Positions 1 through 8,718 of a DNA stretch of 64,000 nucleotides are shown here, piece by piece. The notes beneath the pieces were generated by a model. It was not told where the DNA came from. It saw nothing but the letters and a program-made list of their open reading frames with translations, and ran no database searches. The stretch comes from Opitutales bacterium. Its GTDB lineage: Bacteria; Verrucomicrobiota; Verrucomicrobiia; Opitutales; JABSRG01. The stretch covers positions 1 to 64,000 of the forward strand of contig JBMYOQ010000005.1 of the NCBI GenBank assembly GCA_049599475.1, in the 5' to 3' direction. The stretch's first letter is position 1; the number at the start of each line of letters is the position of its first letter. A program made the position numbers and the translations under genes.

Positions 1-34
1 ACTGCTTCATTTAAGCCTTTGTTGGATCCTCGAT

Positions 35-243
35 CGGCTCACCGGGACGGTTCGCCCTACCATTTGTTTACGAAAACACTTTTGAGAAAGGCTAGAATAC
101 CGAATCTTACCAGATGTTGTATTAGTCGTTTGTGACAAATTAAAATGGAAATACATGGTAGGGTGATCCATCCCTGGTGAGCCGCAGGGGATCGATTTAT
201 TACGAGACTTCAGAGTGGCTCATCGAGGGCATTTCGCCATACC
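35..243. repeat. Cluster of three GTAG-type REP-like elements (35-61 minus, 157-184 plus, 217-243 minus)
   Basis: GGTAGGGCGAACCGTCCCGGTGAGCCG (revcomp 35-61), GGTAGGGTGATCCATCCCTGGTGAGCCG (157-184) and degenerate GGTATGGCGAAATGCCCTCGATGAGCC (revcomp 217-243), in alternating orientation. Confidence 0.7.
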
Positions 244-286
244 TGTGATTTTTAAAAAGGATGCGCAACGGCATCTCGTCAGGCAC

Positions 287-317
287 AAAAAAGCCACCGC
301 TCTGGGAGCGGTGGCTT
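287..317 (-). terminator. Intrinsic terminator downstream of the GH2 gene
   Basis: Perfect 12-bp stem AAGCCACCGCTC/GAGCGGTGGCTT, 3-nt loop, followed by a T-run on the minus strand. Confidence 0.85.
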
Positions 318-389
318 ATGTTGATACTCTCTCTATATATCCAGGACTCGAAGTACTGAAAATTTTGTGACGAAATTAGAGGTATCTAA

Positions 390-3365
390 TTACTTTTTTT
401 CGGAGGACTCCGGAATGAGCAGATTCATCTCGAAGTCAGAAATTTGTGTCGGCATTGCTGAGTCGATGTGAGCTGTGTGTAAGGTGCTGTTTGGAGTGCC
501 TTCGATCTTGATAGTGGCCTGAGCGTCTCGGAGTCCCTCTGCGCTAACCGTAATGGTGACGTCTCCTGTTTCGAATTCAGATTGAAGCATCCCCAGGGCG
601 CGGCCGTTAAATGCGTTTCTACGGTTTGTCATTTTGGAGGGGCTCAGGTCTGCGAGATCACCATTGTCGAGCCCGAGTAGGTGCGCAGGGCCATCGATTT
701 TGAATGTCAGCTCGTTGTTGGCGAAGGGAGCTTCGTTGCCGCGGCTATCGACGAGACGGACCTGCAAATGCGCGATGTCTTTATGATTAGGGCGGAGTGT
801 TGTTTTGTCTACAGCCAGTTGGATGGTTGCGGGTTCGCCAGCGGTTGCGATTATGCGCTCTGCGACTTTTACGCCATCCTTATAGCTAATAGCCTTAAGT
901 TCCCCGGGAGCGTAATCGACATCCCAGGATGCATAGAGTTCGGAGTAGTCGAAATCCTTGCGGCCGAGGGAGTCTCCGTTGAGAAAGAGTTCCACTGAGT
1001 CACAGTTATTGGCGTATACCCAGACAGGTATGTTTGTTCCTTCAATTCCATTCCAGGTCCAGTGCGGTAGAATGTGTAGGACTATGTCATCGGTCCAGAC
1101 ACTTTGGTAAAGGTAGTAGGTGTCCTTTGGGTAGCCCATCATGTCGATAATTCCAAAGTCTTTGTAGCGGGTGGGGAAGCGGTAAGTTTCTCCAATATAG
1201 TCAATGCCGGTCCAACGAAATTCACCGGCCATCCACGGCGTGTCACGCATGAACGCGAGGGTGTACCGATTGTGGTGTTCGATGAACGCATTGTCATAGG
1301 AGGATTGGTAGTTCATGTTCGGGAAGAATTGTTGGAAGGGATCCTTGTCTCGTAGATTGGGCTGCAACTTTGTATTTTTACGAAATGTGCGTGTGCGATA
1401 GACGCCACGGGTTTGGAAAGAGTGGGTGGTCTCCGAGCCGTAGATAAATGAGTCGGAGTGCTCACGGCGCGCTTGTTCATAGCGGGATTCACCTGTCTTC
1501 TTATCGGTGCGGTGGGCGAAGTTGAGCCCGATCACATCAACCGCGTCGAAAAGCGTGCTATCAGATTTTGGGTAATGATTGAGACCGATGGTGGTCGGGC
1601 GGGATGTATCCAAAGTTTTGATAATTCCGCTGAGGAAGGCGGCAGTTCCACCGCCATGATCTTCTGCTTTCTGAAGGTCGCGAATCTCATTGCCGATACT
1701 CCACATGATGATGGATGGGTGGTTGCGATTGCGCTTTACCATATCGCGCAGGTCGCGCTCGGCCCATTCATCGAAATACTGGAAATAGGTATGCTCCCGC
1801 TTAGGATAGCGCCATTCGTCGAATGCTTCATCGATAACGAGCATGCCCATGCGGTTGGCGAGTTCGTAGAAGGCGTCAGGGAAGGGATTATGCGAGTTTC
1901 TGACAGCATTGCATCCCATTGATTGAAGGACTTTGAAGCGGCGTTCCCAGACGTCGATAGGAACGGCTGTTCCGGTAGCCAGTCCGCCATCTTCATGCAG
2001 GCAAACACCTTTAAGTTTCAGATTTTTCCCATTGATGAAGAAACCGTTGTCAGGATCGAATCGCAAGGTGCGGAGACCGAATGTTGTGGATGTTTTGTCG
2101 ATCTCCTTGCCGTCCTTGAATAAAACAGTCTCTAAGGTGTAGAGGTGAGGGCTGTCGGGACTCCAGAGTCTCGGATTGGAGATGGCGATTGTCTGTGTAT
2201 TCGCTTTGCTGTTACGGGCGGCTATTTGCGATGGAGATTCGCTTTGTGATACGATGGTTCCCTCCTGTGAGAGGACCCGTTGTTGCACAAGGATAGATGC
2301 ATTCTGTGCAGATTCATTACGGAGGGTTGTCTCCGCGCTTATCTCCGCGCTTCCCCCGCTGATTGAATGAGTTTTGACATGAACACCCCAGGTGTCGACA
2401 TGAACGGGGTCGGAAACGATGAGCTCGACGTCGCGATAAATACCGCTTCCGGTATACCAGCGCGAGGAGCGTTGCTGGCTATGATCTACGCGGACTATAA
2501 TTTCATTCTTATCTCCACCTTGATTCAAGAAGGGCGTGATATTTACCGGATAGCTCGTGAAGCCGTAAGGGCGAATGCCGAGATAATGACCATTCACCGT
2601 GATTTCTCCGTTCATGTAGATGCCCCCAAAATACAAGGTGAGCTGACGGTCGTCCCAGTCTGTGGGTAGGGTGAATTGCTTTTTGTAATAGCCTACACCC
2701 GTTTTTACCCATCCTCCGCTGTTTTGAGTGGGATAATTCTCATTTACTGGGTGCTCGATACTCCAGTCGTGGGGGAGGTCAACCTGCCGCCAGCGGAAGT
2801 CTTCAATCTCCTGCGCTGTTTCATTCTTGGTGTGATCCGCTAGTGCAAAGGCCCACCCATAGTTGAAGGACTCTTCGATTCGCTCCCACGGGCGTGAGTT
2901 GAGGCGTTTGGCCGTGCTTGTGAGAAGTGCTGGATCGATTACGACCTCTTTAGCTTCGCGAAAAACGGTGGCTGTCGTTGTGCGTTTCTCTAGATCTGTT
3001 TGGAAGGGAACTTGAGCGGTGTTTAGCTCAATCTCGTCGGGCCAACCCTTGGCCGTTACTTCGATGACATTCCCATCGACCGCGGGATAATCGAAAAGGA
3101 CCCGGTTGCCCTGAATTTCGATCGGTTTATCCATCACCCTGTAGAAGCCTAGGTAGTCCTCGCTTCCGCTGGGAGCAACCAGCAGGTTGTACACTTTGAG
3201 GATGCCCAAGTCTACGCGTTCGAGGTCTATGCGGTATTCTTGGCCGCCCACGCGTGTGTCGCCAAATTTTGAGATGTCGGCGCTCAAGATTGAGCTGGTT
3301 AAGAGACTTGTCAGGGCGATCACAAATCCCAGAAATTTCATGGGTAGGAGGGTTTTCTTGTGCAT
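390..3365 (-). CDS. Secreted glycoside hydrolase family 2 (beta-galactosidase-like) with C-terminal Ig-like domains
   Basis: Signal peptide; VDLPHDWSIE, SRWYTGSGIYR, GVCLHED, CNAVRNSHNP, NHPSIIMWSIGNE (acid/base), YGSET (nucleophile region), LPHWTW. Confidence 0.92.
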   Translation of the reverse strand: MHKKTLLPMKFLGFVIALTSLLTSSILSADISKFGDTRVGGQEYRIDLERVDLGILKVYNLLVAPSGSEDYLGFYRVMDKPIEIQGNRVLFDYPAVDGNVIEVTAKGWPDEIELNTAQVPFQTDLEKRTTTATVFREAKEVVIDPALLTSTAKRLNSRPWERIEESFNYGWAFALADHTKNETAQEIEDFRWRQVDLPHDWSIEHPVNENYPTQNSGGWVKTGVGYYKKQFTLPTDWDDRQLTLYFGGIYMNGEITVNGHYLGIRPYGFTSYPVNITPFLNQGGDKNEIIVRVDHSQQRSSRWYTGSGIYRDVELIVSDPVHVDTWGVHVKTHSISGGSAEISAETTLRNESAQNASILVQQRVLSQEGTIVSQSESPSQIAARNSKANTQTIAISNPRLWSPDSPHLYTLETVLFKDGKEIDKTSTTFGLRTLRFDPDNGFFINGKNLKLKGVCLHEDGGLATGTAVPIDVWERRFKVLQSMGCNAVRNSHNPFPDAFYELANRMGMLVIDEAFDEWRYPKREHTYFQYFDEWAERDLRDMVKRNRNHPSIIMWSIGNEIRDLQKAEDHGGGTAAFLSGIIKTLDTSRPTTIGLNHYPKSDSTLFDAVDVIGLNFAHRTDKKTGESRYEQARREHSDSFIYGSETTHSFQTRGVYRTRTFRKNTKLQPNLRDKDPFQQFFPNMNYQSSYDNAFIEHHNRYTLAFMRDTPWMAGEFRWTGIDYIGETYRFPTRYKDFGIIDMMGYPKDTYYLYQSVWTDDIVLHILPHWTWNGIEGTNIPVWVYANNCDSVELFLNGDSLGRKDFDYSELYASWDVDYAPGELKAISYKDGVKVAERIIATAGEPATIQLAVDKTTLRPNHKDIAHLQVRLVDSRGNEAPFANNELTFKIDGPAHLLGLDNGDLADLSPSKMTNRRNAFNGRALGMLQSEFETGDVTITVSAEGLRDAQATIKIEGTPNSTLHTAHIDSAMPTQISDFEMNLLIPESSEKK

Positions 3366-3596
3366 AAGGTTTTGGATGGATGTAAGGAGAAAATATTTGA
3401 ATGAACCGAGGTGGGAACATCAGGGGAACCGAGGAAACTGATACGTAACCAAGTATCTGATACTGAAAACGATATGGATGTTAATATGTGACGTTTATTG
3501 ATACGGAGTTATCGTAGTATGGCGCACTCGAATACAGGGGTAGATTTGTAGTAAAAAAACATTCAAAATAGGTTCTCTTCAAATTATTTCGGCCGA

Positions 3597-3614
3597 AACT
3601 ACGCGTTCGCGTAA
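3597..3614. promoter_or_regulatory. Palindromic operator AACTACGCGTTCGCGTAA (core TACGCG-N2-CGCGTA), copy 1
   Basis: Lies in the divergent intergenic region between GH2 and the sensor kinase; identical 14-nt core recurs at 8547-8560 and 8592-8605. Confidence 0.75.
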
Positions 3615-3756
3615 ACCCTGAAACCTCGGGATACGACGTGTATTTATAAGGAGTTAAGCTAGTTGAATCCTTGGCCGGGTTTGCAAAAAATTTACAAGTA
3701 AACGTGATCTAAAATCAGTGATAACCGCACACGAGCATAGGAGGCGACACGCTCTC

Positions 3757-5811
3757 ATGACTGAAGGTGTTCGATGGATAATCCTTTCCGTCGCACTCTT
3801 TCCTGTGTTGTTGTGGGCTCAGGAGAGAGATCTATATTCGGATCCGAGTCATCCTGGTATGCATATAGATCAGGTTGAGCCAAAGTCGGTCGCACTTTTG
3901 GGAATTCCCTCTCGTATAAATGAAGTAGCTGAAGAGCTAGATCGTCTGAAGTCGCGGTTGGAGATGCTGCCCCAGGCGGAGACATCTCTACAAGTGAATG
4001 AATTCGGATACCATAGCGACTATTTGCCTGTTCTCGATACCCTGCCAGCATCTCCGCGATGGACGATTGAATTCGTCGCTGAAGGGAACCTCGGGTCGCT
4101 TGATCTAGTATTGGTCCCGACAGTGGATCCGCGGGTGGCGGAAAGGCAGAACTACGGCTTCCCGCGTCGATTTAGAATTGTTTCTCTGGATGGAGAGGTT
4201 GTCTATGTCGATTGGACTGCGGAGGATTTTCCCGATCCGGGCCTCGTTCCGGTCTATTTGCAACTCGCCGATTTTAGGAAAGAAGGCGTGCGTTTAGAGG
4301 TGTTTGCGGGGGCCGTCCAGGGGGACCTCGAGTATTTCTCGTTGTCGCGCGTCTATATGGTGCGTAAGAATGAAATTCGATTCGTCAGTAGAATTAAGTC
4401 TAGCTCGGAATTGAGTTCGCTTCCGTATTGGTCAACAGAATACTTAAATGAAGGAAAGTTTACGGTAGGGCTACCTTTGGGAAGTGAGCCTCTTGGCAGG
4501 GATGATTTTGTCCTGCCAGTTTCTCCGGAGATGCAGAATGGAGAGCTCGCATTCGAGTTTGATTTTGGAAAAAATACACACGTTGGATGGGTGAATCTAT
4601 TGCCCGCCAAAAATCCGGAGGGACTTGCAATCCCCGGCTATGGGTTTCCAAAGAGCCTTAAGCTCGAGGTGATTCCAGAGGATGAGGCCGGGGGCCGTGG
4701 AGCCGCGAAGGTTTTCTATGATTGGAATAGTATCCAGAATCCTGGAGACAATTTGCTGCGGTTTCGCGGCTATAACTCTTTGGGAAGATACCTGCGCATA
4801 ACGTTTAGAGATTTTGCTGTATATGGCGCGGAAGCCGTGTTTGCCATGGCTGAGGTCGAGATGTATCGATCTGGAAAATATTTTGGATTTGTTGACGCGC
4901 CGAAAGTCTCTCTATCGGGTACCCCATTAGGCGTGGATGCCTCTCGTCTTATCGATAAAACGGCGCATGGTCATGCTTCCATCGCGCCGTCTTATTGGTT
5001 GAATCAGCTCGCGTCGACTAAGCCCATTCTCAGAGATATTGATTTATTGGAACAGGAGAAGCAGGATTTAGAGATACGTTGGAGCCGAGCCAAGGTTCTG
5101 ATTTTTTGGTGTTTCATCGCCTTACTATTCATATTGATCATCGGAGTATTTGCGGCACTGGCCCATGGGCGTCGAAAGGAAAAAATTGCCATAAGAAGAC
5201 AGATTAGTGCGGATCTACACGATGATATTAGCAGCTCTGTTGCAGCGATTGGCTTAGCGGCACAAAGTGTTGAGCGATCGGATGTGCCCGAAGCCGTTCT
5301 CGAGACTGCATCTCGTATTAAAGGGATCTCTTCACGGATGTTCGAAAATTTGCGAGATGTCATTTGGCTTACCGATGCGAAGACGGATACACTGCCTGAT
5401 CTACTTGAGAAATTGGCCAGTTTGGCGAGAAATACGGTGGCTGAGGAACAGCTGGTTTTGACCCTGTCTGGCATCGAGGATGCTCCCAATATTCCGCTAA
5501 AAATGCAGACGAAGCGCAATATATTGATGTTTGCAAAAGAGGCATTGAATAACGCCAAAGTTCACGCTCAGGCAACCCGCATTGAATTCGGTCTCGAATG
5601 GTCGAATCGCTCCCTGAGGCTATCTATTGCCGATGATGGGCAGGGCTTCGATTTGGAAGCTATTCAGTCAAAAACAGATGGACGATACCACCATGGATTG
5701 GGGAATCTTTCAGAGCGCGCGAAGCAACTGGGGGATCAGCTTGAGATGTATTCAGAACTGAATGCTGGAACACAATTAACTTTAACGGTCAGTCGCTCGG
5801 CACTTAAATAA
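3757..5811 (+). CDS. Membrane sensor histidine kinase (HisKA_3/NarX-type) with a large extracytoplasmic domain
   Basis: ORF 3718-5811; ATG 3757 is preceded by AGGAGG. Signal peptide, one TM before ISADLHDD H-box, KEALNNAKVHA N-box, IADDGQGF G1, HGLGNLSERA G2; two similar YGFP-containing beta modules. Confidence 0.92.
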   Translation: MTEGVRWIILSVALFPVLLWAQERDLYSDPSHPGMHIDQVEPKSVALLGIPSRINEVAEELDRLKSRLEMLPQAETSLQVNEFGYHSDYLPVLDTLPASPRWTIEFVAEGNLGSLDLVLVPTVDPRVAERQNYGFPRRFRIVSLDGEVVYVDWTAEDFPDPGLVPVYLQLADFRKEGVRLEVFAGAVQGDLEYFSLSRVYMVRKNEIRFVSRIKSSSELSSLPYWSTEYLNEGKFTVGLPLGSEPLGRDDFVLPVSPEMQNGELAFEFDFGKNTHVGWVNLLPAKNPEGLAIPGYGFPKSLKLEVIPEDEAGGRGAAKVFYDWNSIQNPGDNLLRFRGYNSLGRYLRITFRDFAVYGAEAVFAMAEVEMYRSGKYFGFVDAPKVSLSGTPLGVDASRLIDKTAHGHASIAPSYWLNQLASTKPILRDIDLLEQEKQDLEIRWSRAKVLIFWCFIALLFILIIGVFAALAHGRRKEKIAIRRQISADLHDDISSSVAAIGLAAQSVERSDVPEAVLETASRIKGISSRMFENLRDVIWLTDAKTDTLPDLLEKLASLARNTVAEEQLVLTLSGIEDAPNIPLKMQTKRNILMFAKEALNNAKVHAQATRIEFGLEWSNRSLRLSIADDGQGFDLEAIQSKTDGRYHHGLGNLSERAKQLGDQLEMYSELNAGTQLTLTVSRSALK

Positions 5812-5829
5812 ACGAAAGGCCTTCCCACT

Positions 5830-6492
5830 ATGAATATGACACCCAATACCCCAAATAAAACCATTTCAGTGTGGATTATTGAGGACTCCTCGGATTTGCG
5901 CGAAGAGCTCAGGCGCATACTTGATTTCGAGACCGATATGAAATGCGAGCGCACTTTCAGTACTGCGGAAAGCGCACTCGACGCCCTTGCTGAAGGACCC
6001 TTGCCTGATGCGCTCTTGGTGGATATTCAACTTCCAGGAATCTCCGGAATAGAGGCTATCAAAAAAATGAGTGAATTGTATCCAACCTTAAATACACTCG
6101 TCCTCACGGTTTCCGAGGAAAGAAGCAACGTCTTCGAAGCGATTTGCGCCGGAGCCAAGGGCTATCTATTGAAAAATAACGAGCACAATCAGATTGTCGA
6201 TAGCGTGCGACTCGTGCATCACGGCGGATCTCCTTTAAGTGGAGGGGCCGCGAGTATGGTCTTGAAAGCTTTTCAGTCGATGACCCCCGCAGAGCCTGAA
6301 ATCGATCTCAGTGATCGCGAAGTCGAAATTTTAAATGCTTTGGCCAAAGGAAAGCCCAAAAAGGAAATCGCCTACGACATCGATTTAGCGATTCACACAG
6401 TCGATTATCATATGCGCAAGGTCTACAATAAGCTGCACGTTAATTCGCAAGCTGGAGCCGTCGCAGAGGCCCTGCGACGCGGGTTGATTTGA
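5830..6492 (+). CDS. NarL/FixJ-family response regulator (REC + LuxR HTH)
   Basis: IIEDS, LLVDIQLPGISG, GAKGYLLK, LSDREVEIL...KEIAYDIDLAIHTVDYHMRKVYNKLHV. Confidence 0.95.
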   Translation: MNMTPNTPNKTISVWIIEDSSDLREELRRILDFETDMKCERTFSTAESALDALAEGPLPDALLVDIQLPGISGIEAIKKMSELYPTLNTLVLTVSEERSNVFEAICAGAKGYLLKNNEHNQIVDSVRLVHHGGSPLSGGAASMVLKAFQSMTPAEPEIDLSDREVEILNALAKGKPKKEIAYDIDLAIHTVDYHMRKVYNKLHVNSQAGAVAEALRRGLI

Positions 6493-6574
6493 ATCGTGTG
6501 AAATGGATACAGCACCACAACTGTTAAGCGAAGATACATATCAGAAGTGCTGCATGCCCTAATAATGATTGGTA

Positions 6575-6606
6575 CAAAGAAAGGCGCTCCGTGTCGGAAC
6601 GCCTTT
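6575..6606 (-). terminator. Intrinsic terminator between convergent regulator and PEP-CTERM genes
   Basis: Minus strand AAAGGCGTTCCG-ACA-CGGAGCGCCTTT (one G-U pair) followed by CTTTGT. Confidence 0.7.
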
Positions 6607-6629
6607 AGTGACTTAACCTGATGAAATAT

Positions 6630-7385
6630 CTATTTTTTTCTTCGACGATTCATCGCGAAGCCAAGAGCGATGAGCCCGCCTATGAAGGGGTAGGTTGACG
6701 GTTCTGGGACCGCGACAAAATCGAAAGTCATAGAATAGAGGGAAGCTCCGCCTCCGGCTCCGACGGGTGTGTTTATATCCAGAGTGTCTCCCGATGTTGA
6801 AAGGAGAATGTTGTCTAGGCTTGTGTCTACATCTGGAAAGTTGAGACCATCAAAAAGTTCTGATTTTCCGTAGGTTACACTTGTTTCCGCGGTCGTGAAA
6901 ACCAGAGCGCTTTCTCCTGATCCCGCGACTGCCGCAGAACTGAAGGAGGTGAGTTGTAGGCTGACCTCGTCTGAAGTCGAAAGTGTCCAGGTCATCACTT
7001 GGCTTCCGGCGCCGCTAATTAGGCTTTTCCCGCTGCCTTGTAGCCCGAGCCCCGTCTCAACTCCGGGGTCTTGACTTCCGGAAAGATGGAAAGCGGTCGT
7101 GTTTGTGCTTCCTATTAAGGAAAATGATGTATTGTGAAGAGACGCGTCTGAAGTGAAACCGACGACTCCATCCCAGGCGTTAACACTCGCAAGGTTTCCG
7201 GAATCCGGAGCGCTTGTCGAAGCATCCATTGCGACATTCCCTGATCCGTCGATCGTGAAATCAAGGGTGGGACTCCCTATGTTATTATTTTCTTCGCCAG
7301 AAAATGTAATCGTAAACTGTGCGTGAGCGATTGAGATTAGACACGTAATGAGATAGAACGATGAGACTAGAGATGTTTTCTTCAT
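6630..7385 (-). CDS. PEP-CTERM sorting-domain surface protein
   Basis: Signal peptide, Ser/Thr/Gly-rich body, C-terminal VPEPST + hydrophobic helix + RRRKK. Confidence 0.92.
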   Translation of the reverse strand: MKKTSLVSSFYLITCLISIAHAQFTITFSGEENNNIGSPTLDFTIDGSGNVAMDASTSAPDSGNLASVNAWDGVVGFTSDASLHNTSFSLIGSTNTTAFHLSGSQDPGVETGLGLQGSGKSLISGAGSQVMTWTLSTSDEVSLQLTSFSSAAVAGSGESALVFTTAETSVTYGKSELFDGLNFPDVDTSLDNILLSTSGDTLDINTPVGAGGGASLYSMTFDFVAVPEPSTYPFIGGLIALGFAMNRRRKK

Positions 7386-7526
7386 GATTAACGCTATTTT
7401 TCTTTGTGATTGAGATTATCGAGAAAATTTTCGGATTCTTGCCGTGGAGGTTTCTAGGCAATTGCTGAGTAAGAGTGGATTGGGTAGATTGTTTGTATTT
7501 ATTTTATGAGAAATCTGTGGGAGAGG

Positions 7527-7570
7527 AAATAAGCCCGCTTGCTCAAATCGATCCGATCAAGCAAGCGGGC
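7527..7570 (-). terminator. Hairpin or probable terminator between the two PEP-CTERM genes
   Basis: 11-bp stem GCCCGCTTGCT/AGCAAGCGGGC, 16-nt loop, TTATTT tail on the minus strand. Confidence 0.55.
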
Positions 7571-7636
7571 AGTATCGTTTTAGGAGAACCAATAACCCCT
7601 CGGTTTTCGCTAAAAGTCTTTTGGTTTGTTTAGACC

Positions 7637-8416
7637 TTATCGTTGGGTTTCTTGCAGGCGTCTTCGTCTAATCAATACACCGAGAAAGACGATGGCTCCG
7701 AAAGAAGCGGCGTAGAATGAAGGCTCAGGGACGGCTACCACTTCGAGTTGAAATCCATGAATCGCAATTTTTGTATCGACTCCGTTGTTATTGTAGAATG
7801 AGAAGCGATCGCCACTGCTGAGAATCAGGGGATCATCGAGGGCCATGTCTTGAGTCCCTATGTCTGTCGTGCTAATCATAGTACCCGTGTCTCCGGTTCC
7901 GAATGAATGGATTTGTAAATTATTCACTCCATTTCCTAGATAAACTTCAGTGAGTTGCACTTGATATCCAGATGCGAGAAGTGAATCAGGGTCGAATGTA
8001 AATCGGATCACTTCGCTTTTGTAGACATCATTATCTAAACTCCCGTCCAGACGTACGGCTGATGCTCCATTGCCGATGACACCGAAATTGGTGCCATTGC
8101 TATTTGCAATAGCTGCCGATCCGTCATTCCAATCTGTTGGATCTTCCACAAGAGTCCGCCCTTCAATCATAAGCCCGAAAGTGCCGGTGAAGTCTCCGAA
8201 TGATCCAGTGACTCCGGTTTCGGGATGGAGTGCGTTTCCGCCTGTGGCTGAGTTTACATAACCACCCACACCTGTTTCATCTGTTGTGAAGGTGATGACC
8301 CATGGAGTTTCTGCCGAATCCTGGCTTCGATTGCGTGTCGGATCTATGGTGCTTTGTGATAGTAATGAACTTGCGGTTAGCAATGAGGAGGTAAGGAGTG
8401 ATAGTGTCTTTTTCAT
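7637..8416 (-). CDS. PEP-CTERM sorting-domain surface protein
   Basis: Signal peptide; C-terminal VPEPSF + hydrophobic helix + RRRR. Confidence 0.92.
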   Translation of the reverse strand: MKKTLSLLTSSLLTASSLLSQSTIDPTRNRSQDSAETPWVITFTTDETGVGGYVNSATGGNALHPETGVTGSFGDFTGTFGLMIEGRTLVEDPTDWNDGSAAIANSNGTNFGVIGNGASAVRLDGSLDNDVYKSEVIRFTFDPDSLLASGYQVQLTEVYLGNGVNNLQIHSFGTGDTGTMISTTDIGTQDMALDDPLILSSGDRFSFYNNNGVDTKIAIHGFQLEVVAVPEPSFYAASFGAIVFLGVLIRRRRLQETQR

Positions 8417-8543
8417 TATGATAATCTTTGGAGAGTTTCATCCCTGGGGTATGTGGGATGAGTGGTAAAAATTGATGAGCCAGGGGTGGCTTCGGGTGCA
8501 TAAAACCCATAATTATTATTCCCCGTCAATGTACTAACAGCCC

Positions 8544-8608
8544 AACTACGCGTTCGCGTAAGGCTATTGTGCTGAGGGCTTCGTAATAGTTTACGCGTTC
8601 GCGTAGTT
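8544..8608. promoter_or_regulatory. Two palindromic operators (copies 2 and 3 of TACGCG-TT-CGCGTA)
   Basis: AACTACGCGTTCGCGTAA at 8544-8561 and TTACGCGTTCGCGTAGTT at 8591-8608 (flanks inverted), cores 45 bp apart, in a divergent promoter region. Confidence 0.75.
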
Positions 8609-8718
8609 CCGTGGTCATGGGGTTGACGGAGCTCGGTGCTGAGCCCATTTTTTTCCCATCGTTAGCCGATGCTTCGCATCACAAGTTATTACCCCTTCCC
8701 CACACAGCCCCCTTACAT

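Noticed and set aside
3501..3520. ATACGGAGTTATCGTAGTAT resembles ATACGGAAGTTATGTAGTAT at about 18397-18416 and the TAC..GTA operator
   Set aside because: Needs gaps to align, spacing is TAC-N9-GTA rather than N8, and the flanking genes are unrelated; may be chance
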